The notes: generated by a model not told the origin, from the letters alone. Counted from the stretch's first letter, positions 8,094-18,806 are shown. The stretch: 64,000 nucleotides of DNA from Candidatus Kapaibacterium sp. (GCA_015490805.1 WFXC01000034.1:24656-88655); one strand, 5' to 3'. Made by a program: numbers and translations.

Positions 8094-10757
8094 TTGATGA
8101 AGCTACTGGGAGTTTCACTCGCCTGGTGCACTGTGATTGCCATCAGCTTTGCACAGCCTAGTTCGTATTCTCCCCAGTATATTGCTGATCGGCAGACAGC
8201 GTTCTGGTTTAAACGAGCATTCCCTTTTGATACCATATCCGTCTATGCCATACGACAGGCAACACAGGTGCTCCACCAGTGGACCTTGAAAACGGCAGCG
8301 ACAGCGCAGGGGTATCGGTGGGTACCCATAGGACCTTTTACTGTTGCTGGACGCACTATTTCAGTGGTTGTCGATCCCAAAGATCATCAACAGTGGTACG
8401 TGGGAACGGCGGCTGGCGGCGTGTGGACAACTTCTGATGCAGGAAAATCGTGGATCCAGCTTCCAACCAATGGATTGCCTGTTTACGCCATCGGTGCATT
8501 GTCCCTGGTAGGGGATACGCTTTTTGCGGGCACCGGTGAACCGAATTTTGCCTATCGGAACTATCCGGGGGATGGGATTTATTGGATTCTGCGAAGTGAT
8601 CTGCACAGGGGGTGGCAGAAGCTTTCGGAAAGTGTCGGAGGAATAATTGCTGTTATTGCAAGCCAAAAAACCTCCACAACCAGAAACCACCCAACCGGAC
8701 TCTACCAGCGCATCTCCCACTCCACATTTACAAGAATTCTACCAGGAACAGTCACTGACTTTGCACCTCACCCTCTCGATTCCCAGCTCATTGTCGCCGT
8801 CATTGGAGAACCCTTTGGAAGTCCACAAAATGGCGTCTATAAAACCACCGATGGGGGAAAAACGTGGAAAAAAATCCAGCAGGGAGTACCGTCAGACTTT
8901 GGACGCGCTGAGATTGCGTGGGATGCTGATGGCAACGCATTATATCTGCTGGTTGCCAACACCCAGGGTGGCTGGGGAGGACTGTACCGCTCACTGGATC
9001 AGGGGGAAAGTTTCCAATCAATTTCCACAGCGCCATCACAGCTTTTTGGGCATAATGTCACTTCCGGTCAGGGGTGGTATGATATTACCTTAGGGATTTC
9101 ACCATATGATCCCCAGCAAATCTGGATTGGTGGTGTATGGCTGTATCGATCTACTGACGGGGGTACCAGTTGGAAAAAAATTTCAGATCTTCACGTCGAT
9201 CAGCACAACCTGGCTTTCATATCGAGAGACTCGATCCTCGTAGTGAACGACGGTGGCGTCTACTTGATCGTTGATACCGTTGCACTTTACCGGAGTACGG
9301 GATTGCTTTCAACACAGTTTTACGACGTTGACCTACACCCATCGCAGCCGATCGTGCTGGGGGGAACCCAGGATAATGGTGCTTTTCTGCTGACACAAAA
9401 AGGCTGGCGGCAGATCATTCAGGGAGATGTCACGCGGTGCATCATTCATAGCCAAAATCCCGATTTGTTTCTTCTCAATACGCCGTACGGCTATTTGTAT
9501 CGCACAACGTCTCAGGGACAGCAATGGCAGTTTTCTGGCACGGGTATTAACTACAATGAAGTTCGGTTTTGGGAAACACCGCTGATCCAGAGTCACAAAA
9601 AACCGAGGGTATTTTATACAGCGACCAGCCGCGTTTACCGATCGACCGATGACGGCGTTCGATGGACTCCCATTAGCCCGCCCTTAGGAGGATCTAACAT
9701 TCCTATTGTGGTATTGTCAGAATACGATACGCAAACTTTTGCAGCGGCAACCTTAGATGGCAGGGTGTTCCTTACCCGTAGTGGAGGATTGCGATGGTCA
9801 GAGATAACAGGCGATTCATTGCCACGTCGATTTCCTGCGACGATTGCCTTCCATCCTGCGACCGATCGCATTATGGTTGTTGGATATTCAGGTTATGGCA
9901 CAAAGCATCTATGGCTAACCCGTAACCGGGGATTTAGCTGGCACAGTATCGACGGAAATCTTCCGGATATTCCCGTTAACGTTTTTCGATTTGATCCCTA
10001 CCGTCCCGATTCACAGTGGTATGTAGGAACAGATTTTGGCATTTTTTACACCGCAGACGCAGGACAGCATTGGCAGCCTTTGTACAATGGGGTAGGCATA
10101 GCGCCGGTGACGGATATAGTCATTGATACAGTTCGACGGGAGATTTTGATTGCAACTTACGGGATGGGAATCTGGAAGGTCGGGCGAGATGCAGTACCTG
10201 TTGAGCTGGAACTGTTTGAAGCTCAACTGGTATCTTCTCGGACCGTTGAGCTATTTTGGAAAATGCAGGTGCAAGATGAAGTTGAACGGTTCCGTGTTAC
10301 CCGGTTGTGTAGTGGACAGCTACCCGTTATTGTAGAAGAGGTATTGCCGAGTTCGGCGAGTCTGTACACCGTGCGGGATTCTCTGCGATCCTTAGCGCTC
10401 CGATGTGATACGCTTCAGTATCGTCTGGAGGCAATTCTTGCCGATGGTACCCTCAAAGTGCTGGGAAATCGTACCGTGGTGTTGCGTCTGGAAAATTACG
10501 ATCTCAGTCTGGTAAAGGCGCAGTGGACGGGGGAGCAACTATTAGTCCATTATCGACTGCCGAAGCGCATGGCTGCCAGCTTAGATCTCGTTACGCTTGA
10601 TGGTCGGACCATTCCACTATTGCACCATCCCAGCCATCCCGGTGGAAATTTTGTGCTGACACTCTCATTGCGGTCCGATCAATATGCGCAGGGAATATTC
10701 TTTGTTCGTCTACGAACGCCGTCCAGGCAGGTTGTTTTGAGGGTGCAGAAGTTTTAA
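8094..10757 (+). CDS. secreted BNR/Asp-box repeat protein (sialidase/Ycf48-like beta-propeller) with T9SS-type C-terminal sorting domain
   Basis: Signal peptide MMKLLGVSLAWCTVIAISFAQP. Multiple S-x-D-x-G-x-T-W Asp-box repeats (TSDAGKSW, TDGGKTW, STDGGTSW, STDDGVRW, TADAGQHW). The C-terminal ~80 aa are a beta-sandwich CTD ending ...FFVRLRTPSRQVVLRVQKF. Confidence 0.6.
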   Translation: MMKLLGVSLAWCTVIAISFAQPSSYSPQYIADRQTAFWFKRAFPFDTISVYAIRQATQVLHQWTLKTAATAQGYRWVPIGPFTVAGRTISVVVDPKDHQQWYVGTAAGGVWTTSDAGKSWIQLPTNGLPVYAIGALSLVGDTLFAGTGEPNFAYRNYPGDGIYWILRSDLHRGWQKLSESVGGIIAVIASQKTSTTRNHPTGLYQRISHSTFTRILPGTVTDFAPHPLDSQLIVAVIGEPFGSPQNGVYKTTDGGKTWKKIQQGVPSDFGRAEIAWDADGNALYLLVANTQGGWGGLYRSLDQGESFQSISTAPSQLFGHNVTSGQGWYDITLGISPYDPQQIWIGGVWLYRSTDGGTSWKKISDLHVDQHNLAFISRDSILVVNDGGVYLIVDTVALYRSTGLLSTQFYDVDLHPSQPIVLGGTQDNGAFLLTQKGWRQIIQGDVTRCIIHSQNPDLFLLNTPYGYLYRTTSQGQQWQFSGTGINYNEVRFWETPLIQSHKKPRVFYTATSRVYRSTDDGVRWTPISPPLGGSNIPIVVLSEYDTQTFAAATLDGRVFLTRSGGLRWSEITGDSLPRRFPATIAFHPATDRIMVVGYSGYGTKHLWLTRNRGFSWHSIDGNLPDIPVNVFRFDPYRPDSQWYVGTDFGIFYTADAGQHWQPLYNGVGIAPVTDIVIDTVRREILIATYGMGIWKVGRDAVPVELELFEAQLVSSRTVELFWKMQVQDEVERFRVTRLCSGQLPVIVEEVLPSSASLYTVRDSLRSLALRCDTLQYRLEAILADGTLKVLGNRTVVLRLENYDLSLVKAQWTGEQLLVHYRLPKRMAASLDLVTLDGRTIPLLHHPSHPGGNFVLTLSLRSDQYAQGIFFVRLRTPSRQVVLRVQKF

Positions 10758-11386
10758 TGGGGAATCCCGATACAGAATATGAACAACGATATTGGGAGCA
10801 ACAGCAACTGGTTGCCGGTGTTGATGAGGCCGGGCGTGGGGCGCTGGCAGGACCCGTCGTTGCTGCCGCCGTGGTGTTGCAGCCCGATGACTATATCGAC
10901 GGGGTGAGAGACTCCAAACAGCTTCGACCTGCCCAGCGCGAGCAGTTGTTTGCACAAATCACTCAACAGACACGGGCGTGGGCGATAGGCTGGGCAGATG
11001 TCGAGGAAATCAACCGATGGAATATTCTACAGGCAACAATGGTAGCAATGCGGCGAGCAGTAGAGCGACTCACCGTACGACCTGATGTGCTTTTCGTTGA
11101 TGGCAACTACTTTGTCACTGATCTGCAGATCCCGGCTGTCACGATCCCTCAGGGCGACCAGCGGTCGTTATCCATTGCCGCTGCTTCGATTCTGGCAAAA
11201 GTCTGGCGGGATCGATGGATGGTGGAAATAGCCGATCCCCAGTTTCCGGAATATGGATTTGCCCGGCATAAGGGATATGGCACCCGGCAGCACCGGGACG
11301 CTATTCAGCAATTTGGCGTAACACCGTTACATCGAAAAAAGTTTGTTCAGCGAATTCTGGAGCAGTGCCGTGAATCTCTTTTTTAA
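10757..11386 (+). CDS. rnhB: ribonuclease HII
   Basis: 'VAGVDEAGRGALAGPVVAAAVVL' catalytic DEDD N-terminus; about 209 aa. Confidence 0.85.
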   Translation: MGNPDTEYEQRYWEQQQLVAGVDEAGRGALAGPVVAAAVVLQPDDYIDGVRDSKQLRPAQREQLFAQITQQTRAWAIGWADVEEINRWNILQATMVAMRRAVERLTVRPDVLFVDGNYFVTDLQIPAVTIPQGDQRSLSIAAASILAKVWRDRWMVEIADPQFPEYGFARHKGYGTRQHRDAIQQFGVTPLHRKKFVQRILEQCRESLF

Positions 11387-12659
11387 AAATATTCGGATTA
11401 TTAGTCCTGTAGATCATCTGGATGGAACGTATAATCTCTGGATTCGGGAAGGGCGCATCGAGTATATTGGGCAAGAAGTGCCATCCAGAGTTACCGATGC
11501 TCGCCCTAAGACTATCGAGGCACACCATTTAGCTGCTGTTCCGGGATTGTTTGATATGCACGTGCATTTCCGTGATCCAGGGGCTTTGCACAAAGAAGAT
11601 ACCCTCTCAGGCGTTGCGGCAGCAGCAAACGGTGGATTTACCGGAGTGCTGTGCATGCCCAATACAGAACCGCCCTTAGACAATGCTGCGACCATTCAGA
11701 TGCTCCAGGTTAAAGGTGATGGCAAACCCGTGGATGTTTTTTATAGTGCAACGATTACCAAAGGTCGGCGGGGACAGGAACTGGTAGATTTTGCGAGCTT
11801 GCTGGACGTTGGGGTCGTTTGTTTCACGGACGATGGAAGCTCTGTTCCGACTGCCGGGGTGTTGCAGCGAGCTTTCCGATCCTTGTCGCCATACGATGGA
11901 CTTATCGCTGAGCACTGCGAAGATACATCGTTGACTCAGGGATTCGACATCAATGAGGGAATTGTCTCAGCACGGCTGGGATTGCGCGGTTATCCGGCTA
12001 TAGCAGAAGAACTCATCATTGCCCGCGACATTTTGCTGGCAGCAGCTACGGGCAACCGACGACTTCATATTTGCCACCTGAGCACTCGCGGAGGCGTTGC
12101 GCTGGTGCAGCGGGCAAAAGAATCCGGACAACGGATTACTGCTGAGGTAACCCCGCATCATCTGACACTCACCGAGGAAGCAGTTGGGCACTTTCAGACC
12201 AATGCTAAAATGAGCCCTCCACTACGAACCGAAGCTGATATTGAGGCACTCATTACAGGCCTCAAATCGGGCATCATCGACTGCATTGCAACGGATCACG
12301 CCCCACATGCGTGGTGGGAAAAGGAAGTGCCATTTTCCGAAGCACCTTACGGGATCATTGGGTTAGAAACAGCGCTGGGACTGATTTTGACGTTTCTCCA
12401 TCACCGGCATCAAATCGGGCTGGAAAAAATCGTTGAATGGATGGCAGTCAATCCGAGAAAGATTCTGGGGCTGCCGCAGCCCCGAATACAGGTTGGGGAA
12501 GAGGCTAATTGTACCATCTTCGACCCGCTGGCGACGTGGGTTGTGGATGTTCATCGATTCCGCTCTAAGTCACGGAACACGCCTTATCATGGTATGCAGT
12601 TGAAAGGCAAACCCGTGATGATCATCAATAACCGACAGATTGTGGAATCGACGCTTTAA
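11343..12659 (+). CDS. pyrC: dihydroorotase (cyclic amidohydrolase family)
   Basis: 'DMHVHFRDPG' metal-binding motif, and 'CHLSTRGG' plus 'ATDHAPH' motifs typical of class I DHOase. The true start may be a GTG slightly downstream of 11343, reducing the overlap with rnhB. Confidence 0.75.
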   Translation: MFSEFWSSAVNLFFKNIRIISPVDHLDGTYNLWIREGRIEYIGQEVPSRVTDARPKTIEAHHLAAVPGLFDMHVHFRDPGALHKEDTLSGVAAAANGGFTGVLCMPNTEPPLDNAATIQMLQVKGDGKPVDVFYSATITKGRRGQELVDFASLLDVGVVCFTDDGSSVPTAGVLQRAFRSLSPYDGLIAEHCEDTSLTQGFDINEGIVSARLGLRGYPAIAEELIIARDILLAAATGNRRLHICHLSTRGGVALVQRAKESGQRITAEVTPHHLTLTEEAVGHFQTNAKMSPPLRTEADIEALITGLKSGIIDCIATDHAPHAWWEKEVPFSEAPYGIIGLETALGLILTFLHHRHQIGLEKIVEWMAVNPRKILGLPQPRIQVGEEANCTIFDPLATWVVDVHRFRSKSRNTPYHGMQLKGKPVMIINNRQIVESTL

Positions 12660-12748
12660 GCAATAAGATGTCAAACCTCAAGCAGCGAGGAAATTTAACC
12701 TTCCAGCAAAATAAGAAGTTCCGGAACAACGTTTATGGCATTTTCCAT

Positions 12749-12822
12749 CGGCGCGTAGCGCAGCCCGGTAGCGCACCACCTTGGGGTGGTGGGGGTCGCG
12801 GGTTCAAATCCCGCCGCGCCGA
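12749..12822 (+). tRNA. tRNA-Pro (anticodon GGG)
   Basis: Manual cloverleaf. Acceptor CGGCGCG/CGCGCCG, D-stem GCGC/GCGC, anticodon stem CCACC/GGTGG with loop TTGGGGT (anticodon GGG), T-stem GCGGG/CCCGC with loop TTCAAAT. Discriminator A, no encoded CCA. Confidence 0.85.
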
Positions 12823-12896
12823 CAGACAGACGATAGGACCATTGAGTTGGATGAAAGCACTGACGGCACAGCCTGAAGTTACAGGTACGCACAAGG

Positions 12897-14324
12897 ATGC
12901 GTTTTGAGAAACTGCGGGTCTTTTTTGTCCTTATTCTCCTCAGCACCTCTTTCTATTCCTTCCAATTCTTTGCTATTGGTACCTATGGGGTTAAGCTGAG
13001 CGATATCCTACTAATTGCTTTTTACGGCTGGTTAGCGTGGCGGGTAGCAACACGGGGAATAACTCTATCGCCTTTGCTCCATCCAATAACGCTGCTCTTA
13101 TTTTTCCCATTGTTGGCTGTTGCTTTCTCTGTTGTCACTCCCATTGTGTCGCTGGGACAGGGAACACAGTTTCTGAAAACCTTTTCGCATTTTCTGTTCT
13201 ACTACGGTTTTTTCCTGTGCGTCGTTCTCCTGGATCCAAGAGCTTCCTTTGCAACTTTTTTTATCCGGATCTTCCTCATCTGGGGCTTCCTTGTCAGTTT
13301 GTATGGCGTCTACCAACTGCCAGCAAGAGTTTTTGATCTACCACTGGGATGGTTGCCGGTCACGAACGTTTCCGTCTTTGCATCCCGTACGCCTGATCCG
13401 TACAAATTAACAAAAACAGCATCGCAGCTCAGTCTGCAATATTCCCAGTTCTTTCGTTCCACATCGCTGTTTAGCGAACCCTCGGTGTTGGGGCGAATGG
13501 CAGCAACAATGTTGCTGTTTGTGTTGGTGCCATATATCCAGAAGGAAAAGCCGTTCCTGCCAAAGGGATGGAGCATTGCGATTGGTATCACGCTCGTTTT
13601 GGCAATTTTTGCCAGTCTTTCGCTTACCGGAGTTGGAGGCGTCATTGTCTTGCTTGTGAGCATTGTCCTGCTGGAAGGCTTGCGTCGCAGCCGGGTGCTG
13701 TTTGGTTACCTTGTCGCTATGGTTCTGGTAATCGTCATTGCTGCGAAAATTCTGACACCAATTGTACAAATTGACATTCTGGATTTGTACTTTCAACGAA
13801 TATCGCGCATCTTGAAAATCGGCACTACCCCTTTTACAGAACATATCAGTGGAGAATCAACCTCCACGCGTTTGAAGGGAATGAAGGTTTCGCTGGAAGT
13901 GTGGGAAGAATATCCCGTGGTCGGAATCGGTGCGGGACATTTTTATCTGTCGGAAACAGCACAACGGGAAGGATTTGTGTTTTCTTCCACGATGTATACG
14001 GCGCTGCTTTCCGAGACAGGTGTTGTTGGTTTTACCCTCTTTATGGCATTCCTGCTGGGACTGTTCTTTGCTGCTTTACAGTTGTATTATCACCGGAAAC
14101 AATGGCAGGATGCAGAGTTGCGCCGCCTGGCTGGCGTGTTGCCATACCTGGTGATTCTGTATCTGTTTTTTAAGCTCAGTTCCACTGTCTACGTTTCGCT
14201 CTGGGTTGATCTTATCTTCGCTTTCCGGATGGTGATGGAGCTGGTTGGGCGTACGGGGTCCGTGCTATCTGCCCCGTTGCTGCTCCGTATACCTTCCCTG
14301 AAAACAGTGTTCAGCAGCAGATGA
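12897..14324 (+). CDS. O-antigen ligase / Wzy-like polymerase family polytopic membrane protein
   Basis: About 10-12 TM helices. The periplasmic loop motif 'EYPVVGIGAGHFY' is characteristic of the Wzy_C/O-antigen ligase family. Confidence 0.6.
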   Translation: MRFEKLRVFFVLILLSTSFYSFQFFAIGTYGVKLSDILLIAFYGWLAWRVATRGITLSPLLHPITLLLFFPLLAVAFSVVTPIVSLGQGTQFLKTFSHFLFYYGFFLCVVLLDPRASFATFFIRIFLIWGFLVSLYGVYQLPARVFDLPLGWLPVTNVSVFASRTPDPYKLTKTASQLSLQYSQFFRSTSLFSEPSVLGRMAATMLLFVLVPYIQKEKPFLPKGWSIAIGITLVLAIFASLSLTGVGGVIVLLVSIVLLEGLRRSRVLFGYLVAMVLVIVIAAKILTPIVQIDILDLYFQRISRILKIGTTPFTEHISGESTSTRLKGMKVSLEVWEEYPVVGIGAGHFYLSETAQREGFVFSSTMYTALLSETGVVGFTLFMAFLLGLFFAALQLYYHRKQWQDAELRRLAGVLPYLVILYLFFKLSSTVYVSLWVDLIFAFRMVMELVGRTGSVLSAPLLLRIPSLKTVFSSR

Positions 14325-15250
14325 GAATCAGCGTTATCATTGCAACCCTGAACCGTCGCGAGGATTTGTTAAAAACGCTGGCGGCGTATGAGCAGCAGAC
14401 ATATCCGGATAAAGAAATCATCGTGATTGACAATGGTTCGACTGACGGAACAGCCGAAGCTGTCCAAAAGCAATTCCCAGCGGTTCGGTATTTCTGGATT
14501 CCAGATAACATTGAAACGGTTGCGATCAACTACGGAATGAGCGTAGCAACAGGAGAGATTTTCTGGTTGTCGAACAACGATTCCTATCCGGAAGATCCAC
14601 GCGCCTTTGAGCAGATCGTCAAGATCTTTACCCGGTTTCCGCAGATTGACATCATTGGTACTGAAGATTTTGAGGTTCGCGATCAGGTGGTGTACAACTG
14701 GCATCGATTACCAGCACCAAAAGAGACAATGCCGCCGGACGGTTACCCGGCAGTATTGTTCCACGGTACGGGAGCGGCAGTCCGGCGACGGGTCATTGAA
14801 AAGATTGGCGGTTTTTGGGATCAATTTGTGTACGAAGAGCTGGATTTTTGCATCCGGGCTCTTCGGGCAGGATGTCAGATTCGGTATTTTCCCACCATCC
14901 GAACGCTGCACTTTGCCTCACCTGCTTCACGAGTATCTGCCTTTCGGTGGCGACGCGCTTATCTGCACACGCTACGCCTTTTGTGGAAATACGCTCCAGC
15001 AGCGATTGCACTCTGGCGGTCTCTCATAGCGGCAGCCTTCTTCTTCGTCACCGGAATTCGCAATCGCGTGCCGATAGGTACACTTTGCGAAACGTATCTG
15101 GAAGCGCTGCCAACGGTGCTGCGAACGATTCAGCAAGAGCGACAACCGCTGAGTCGGTCGGAACTTCGGCAGTACCGCTTTACACTTGGCAGTTTGCGAG
15201 ATTACTGGGCATACGCAAAGGCGATGTGGAATCGAATACGACGGCGGTAG
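14321..15250 (+). CDS. glycosyltransferase family 2
   Basis: 'ISVIIATLNRREDL...IIVIDNGSTDGT' GT-A fold DXD region. Overlaps the upstream gene by 4 bp. Confidence 0.75.
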   Translation: MRISVIIATLNRREDLLKTLAAYEQQTYPDKEIIVIDNGSTDGTAEAVQKQFPAVRYFWIPDNIETVAINYGMSVATGEIFWLSNNDSYPEDPRAFEQIVKIFTRFPQIDIIGTEDFEVRDQVVYNWHRLPAPKETMPPDGYPAVLFHGTGAAVRRRVIEKIGGFWDQFVYEELDFCIRALRAGCQIRYFPTIRTLHFASPASRVSAFRWRRAYLHTLRLLWKYAPAAIALWRSLIAAAFFFVTGIRNRVPIGTLCETYLEALPTVLRTIQQERQPLSRSELRQYRFTLGSLRDYWAYAKAMWNRIRRR

Positions 15251-15256
15251 ATAATA

Positions 15257-16492
15257 ATGCGGATTCTGCAAATATCTTCACGCTTTCCCTACCCTCCAGA
15301 TGATGGGGGACGCATTGGCGTGTGGAACATCACGCGACAATTCCGGGAACTGGGCAATGAGGTATGGCTGGTTACCTTTGCTGAAAAACAGACAACCCAG
15401 GAGCATATTCGATTTCTGGAACAGACCGTTTCCAGATTGACCGTCTTGCCGCCGCAACGATACTCTTTTTGGCAATACCTGATCTCTGCTGTGCATCCAG
15501 TGCCAATCCACATACGAAAGCGCACAACCACAGGCATTCTTCAAGCAGCGCGGGAAATTGCTCGGCAGGCATCGGATTGGGATTGTATCCACGTGGATGG
15601 AACAGGGATGATTCCTATGGGATTAACGATTGCACAGAGAGCGCAAAAGCCTGTGGCGGTGCGGATGCACAACGTTGAGTGGGTTATCTGGCAGCGCTTT
15701 GCACGGCGATTTCCCCGATGGCATCCTGCGCGCTGGTACCTGCTTCGCCAGGCGCGGCTGCTCCGACGGTGGGAACAAAAATTGCTTTCACAGGTGGATC
15801 TGATCATTCCCATTACAGAGCCTGACCGCCAGCGGATCGCCGAAGAATTTGGCATCCAGAAGCCCATCGTGGTCGTCCCGGCAGGCGTTGATCCCGATTA
15901 CTGGACTCCATTGCCTCCTGAGGAAGAGCGGCGTGACGGCATTTTAATCGCGAATTTTGAATGGAAGCCCAATATCGAGGGCGTAGAATGGTTCGTGCAG
16001 CAGGTGCTGCCTCTACTTCCGCCTTCTTACAGGTTCCACATTGCTGGCAAAGAAAGTCACCGAGCACTCCGGCATTTGCAGCACATTCCCAACCTTCAGA
16101 TCCACGGGTATGTTGAAGATGCACGCCAGCTTTATCAACGTGCTCAGTTTACTTTCGTGCCGCTACTCAGTGGCGGTGGGATTCGGATCAAGATTCTGGA
16201 AGCGATGGCGATGGAATTACCGGTTGTGACGACTTCCGTTGGGGCAGAAGGAATTGAGGCAGGGGAGCAGGATGGTGTCTTCCGTTGTGATGATCCTGCC
16301 ACCTTTGCCCGAACGATTCAGTATTTTTTTGAGCATCCTGATCGAACGGCTGCCCTGGGTAAAGCCGCACGGCAGCGAGTACTGGAACGATATACGTGGC
16401 GTGCGCTGGTGGGCACAATGCTGACAGCGTATCGCCAGTATCTTATCCGTAGACCAGATTTCGTTCCTTCTGAGAGCCGGGAACAGCGGTAG
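15257..16492 (+). CDS. glycosyltransferase family 4 (GT-B, retaining)
   Basis: N-terminal 'MRILQISSRFPYPPDDGGRIGV' and C-terminal 'EGIEA...' GT4 signature. 411 aa. Confidence 0.75.
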   Translation: MRILQISSRFPYPPDDGGRIGVWNITRQFRELGNEVWLVTFAEKQTTQEHIRFLEQTVSRLTVLPPQRYSFWQYLISAVHPVPIHIRKRTTTGILQAAREIARQASDWDCIHVDGTGMIPMGLTIAQRAQKPVAVRMHNVEWVIWQRFARRFPRWHPARWYLLRQARLLRRWEQKLLSQVDLIIPITEPDRQRIAEEFGIQKPIVVVPAGVDPDYWTPLPPEEERRDGILIANFEWKPNIEGVEWFVQQVLPLLPPSYRFHIAGKESHRALRHLQHIPNLQIHGYVEDARQLYQRAQFTFVPLLSGGGIRIKILEAMAMELPVVTTSVGAEGIEAGEQDGVFRCDDPATFARTIQYFFEHPDRTAALGKAARQRVLERYTWRALVGTMLTAYRQYLIRRPDFVPSESREQR

Positions 16493-16634
16493 CCACTCAG
16501 ATTACCACCAGAGATGGTTTATTGTCGAGCGGGATTACAATCTTCATTGCAGGGCTTGTTCCCGTTAATTGGAGGATTTTCGCTAAATTGAAATCGTGAA
16601 AGCGGCGATGTAGGATAGTGCAGAGTGGAAGCCA

Positions 16635-18806
16635 ATGAGTACGTGGCGACGTCGATTCCAGTCCTTCGGGGAAGTTTTTCGGGCAATGTGGCGTAACAAA
16701 GCGAGGCTACCCTACGCATTCCGTATTCTACAGGACGGTACATGCGACGGCTGCGCCCTCGGAACGTATGGGATGAAAGACTGGACGATGGATGGGATCC
16801 ACCTCTGCTGGATCCGATTACGCCTGCTGGAGTACAACACAATGTCTCCTTTTCGCCCATCGGATTTGCCGGATCTGGAAACTCTGCGTACGCTCAGCGA
16901 GCCGCAGCTTCGACAACTCGGACGCATTCCTCTACCGCTGGTATGGCAACCGGGAGATAAACAGTTGCACCCAATTTCGTGGTCTGAGGCAATTCAAACC
17001 ATTGCGGAGAAAATTGGCAGTACCGATCCCCGGCGCATTGCTTTTTACCTGGTTTCCCGCGGCACACCGAACGAGACGTACTACGTAGCGCAAAAGGTTG
17101 CCCGTTATCTCGGCACAAATAACATCGACAATTCTGCCCGGATCTGCCACGCCCCCAGCACTACAGCGCTAAAACAGAGCCTGGGTTATGCAGCGACAAC
17201 GTGCAGTTACAAAGACTTTTTTGATGCTGAATGGATCGTTTTTGTCGGCAGCAATGTGGCAAACAATCAGCCGGTGGTGATGAAGTATTTGCACATTGCG
17301 AAGAAAAAGGGGGTCAAAGTAGCGGTTGTTAATCCTTTCCTGGAACCGGGGATGGAGCGATACTGGGTTCCTTCCTCGGTTGATTCAGCAATATTTGGCA
17401 CGCGGATTGCCGATGAATTTTTCCAGATTAAGCCGGGTGGTGACATCGCCTTTTTCCACGGCGTGCTGAAATGGCTCATTGACATAGGTGGAATAAAGCA
17501 GGATATTGTTGAACGCTATACAGTTGGTTGGGAAGAACTGCGAGCGCTGATAGAACAGCTTTCGTGGGAAGCGATTGAACGGCATTCGGGGTTATCGCGG
17601 ACGCGGATTCGGGACTTTGCAGAATTCTACGCCCGGAGTGAGCGTGTTATCTTTGTCTGGTCGATGGGGGTCACAATGCACGAGTTCGGCGTGCAGAATG
17701 TTCGTGCTATTGCGAATGTTGCCTTAGCGCGAGGAATGGTGGGCAAACCGGGCACGGGACTGATGGCGATTCGAGGGCATTCGGGTGTGCAGGGAGGAGC
17801 AGAGATGGGGGCGGTTCCAACCCACTTTCCGGGTGGCGTGCCCATTGCAACGGAGACCGCTGAACGCTTTGCCAGCCAGTGGGGCTTTGCTGTGCCAGAT
17901 TGGCGAGGGCAATTTATTGTGGATACCATTGACGCTGCTGCCAACGGCGAAATCGATGTATTGTATGCTGCCGGCAGCAATCTGTTTGCCGTCTTGCCAG
18001 ATTCTCTCTATGTTCGGGATGCGCTGACAAAAATTCCTTTGCGAATTCATCACGATATCGTGCTCAACCCTCAGATGTTTGTCAATGCACGGGAAATGGT
18101 GCTGATTCTTCCTGCAACGACGCGATATGAAATGGCAGGAGGAAATACGGAAACCTCAACGGAACGTCGCGTTATTTTTAATCCGGAAATTCCAGGTCCA
18201 CGGGTACCCGAAGCGCGGGACGAATGGCGGGTACTGATCGAAATTGCACAGCAGGTCAAACCGGATGATGCAGAAAAAATTACCTTTGACTCCACACAGG
18301 CTATTCGTGAGGAGATTGCCCGTGTCATTCCATTGTACGATGGAATTCAGCATCTTCGAAAAAAGGGAGATTCCTTTCAATGGGGTGGAGAGCGACTGTG
18401 CGAGAACTATCAATTCGGAACACCCGATGGCAAAGCCCGCTTTGCCGCTATCGAGCTTCCAGATAACACCGTTCCGCCTGGCAAGTTCCGATTAACAACC
18501 CGCCGGGGAAAACAGTTTAACAGCATCATTTTTGATAACGTCGATACGTTGACGGGAACCGATCGACACACCATTTTAATGAATCCAGCCGACATAAAAG
18601 AACTGGGATTACGGGACGGGGATCGAATTCGATTGCGTTCCGCCACCGGTGAGCTTACAGGAATACTACGATCGGGCAACGTGTATCCACAGACAGTGGT
18701 CGCCTTTTGGCCCGAAGCCAACGTCCTTATCCAGCGGGGCAAAACAGATCCGCAATGCGGCATTCCAGCCTATCGGGATACCATCGTTGAAGTCCTGCGA
18801 GCGTGA
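16635..18806 (+). CDS. FdhF/YdeP-family molybdopterin (bis-MGD) oxidoreductase, formate-dehydrogenase-like alpha subunit
   Basis: N-terminal Cys cluster 'CDGCALGTYG', molybdopterin-binding domains and a C-terminal MopB_CT-like region. 723 aa. Followed immediately by fdhD. Confidence 0.7.
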   Translation: MSTWRRRFQSFGEVFRAMWRNKARLPYAFRILQDGTCDGCALGTYGMKDWTMDGIHLCWIRLRLLEYNTMSPFRPSDLPDLETLRTLSEPQLRQLGRIPLPLVWQPGDKQLHPISWSEAIQTIAEKIGSTDPRRIAFYLVSRGTPNETYYVAQKVARYLGTNNIDNSARICHAPSTTALKQSLGYAATTCSYKDFFDAEWIVFVGSNVANNQPVVMKYLHIAKKKGVKVAVVNPFLEPGMERYWVPSSVDSAIFGTRIADEFFQIKPGGDIAFFHGVLKWLIDIGGIKQDIVERYTVGWEELRALIEQLSWEAIERHSGLSRTRIRDFAEFYARSERVIFVWSMGVTMHEFGVQNVRAIANVALARGMVGKPGTGLMAIRGHSGVQGGAEMGAVPTHFPGGVPIATETAERFASQWGFAVPDWRGQFIVDTIDAAANGEIDVLYAAGSNLFAVLPDSLYVRDALTKIPLRIHHDIVLNPQMFVNAREMVLILPATTRYEMAGGNTETSTERRVIFNPEIPGPRVPEARDEWRVLIEIAQQVKPDDAEKITFDSTQAIREEIARVIPLYDGIQHLRKKGDSFQWGGERLCENYQFGTPDGKARFAAIELPDNTVPPGKFRLTTRRGKQFNSIIFDNVDTLTGTDRHTILMNPADIKELGLRDGDRIRLRSATGELTGILRSGNVYPQTVVAFWPEANVLIQRGKTDPQCGIPAYRDTIVEVLRA

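Noticed and set aside
12668-12946. ORFs of 79 aa (+) and 83 aa (-) spanning the tRNA-Pro gene
   Set aside because: They overlap a well-folded tRNA cloverleaf, and their translations are Gly/Arg-rich read-through of the tRNA sequence. They are spurious.
12749-16634. Integrated mobile element at tRNA-Pro (integrase, att direct repeat)
   Set aside because: No integrase, recombinase or excisionase ORF is present, and no repeat of the tRNA 3' end could be found in the flanking intergenic regions within the window. Only the glycan-island observation is retained.
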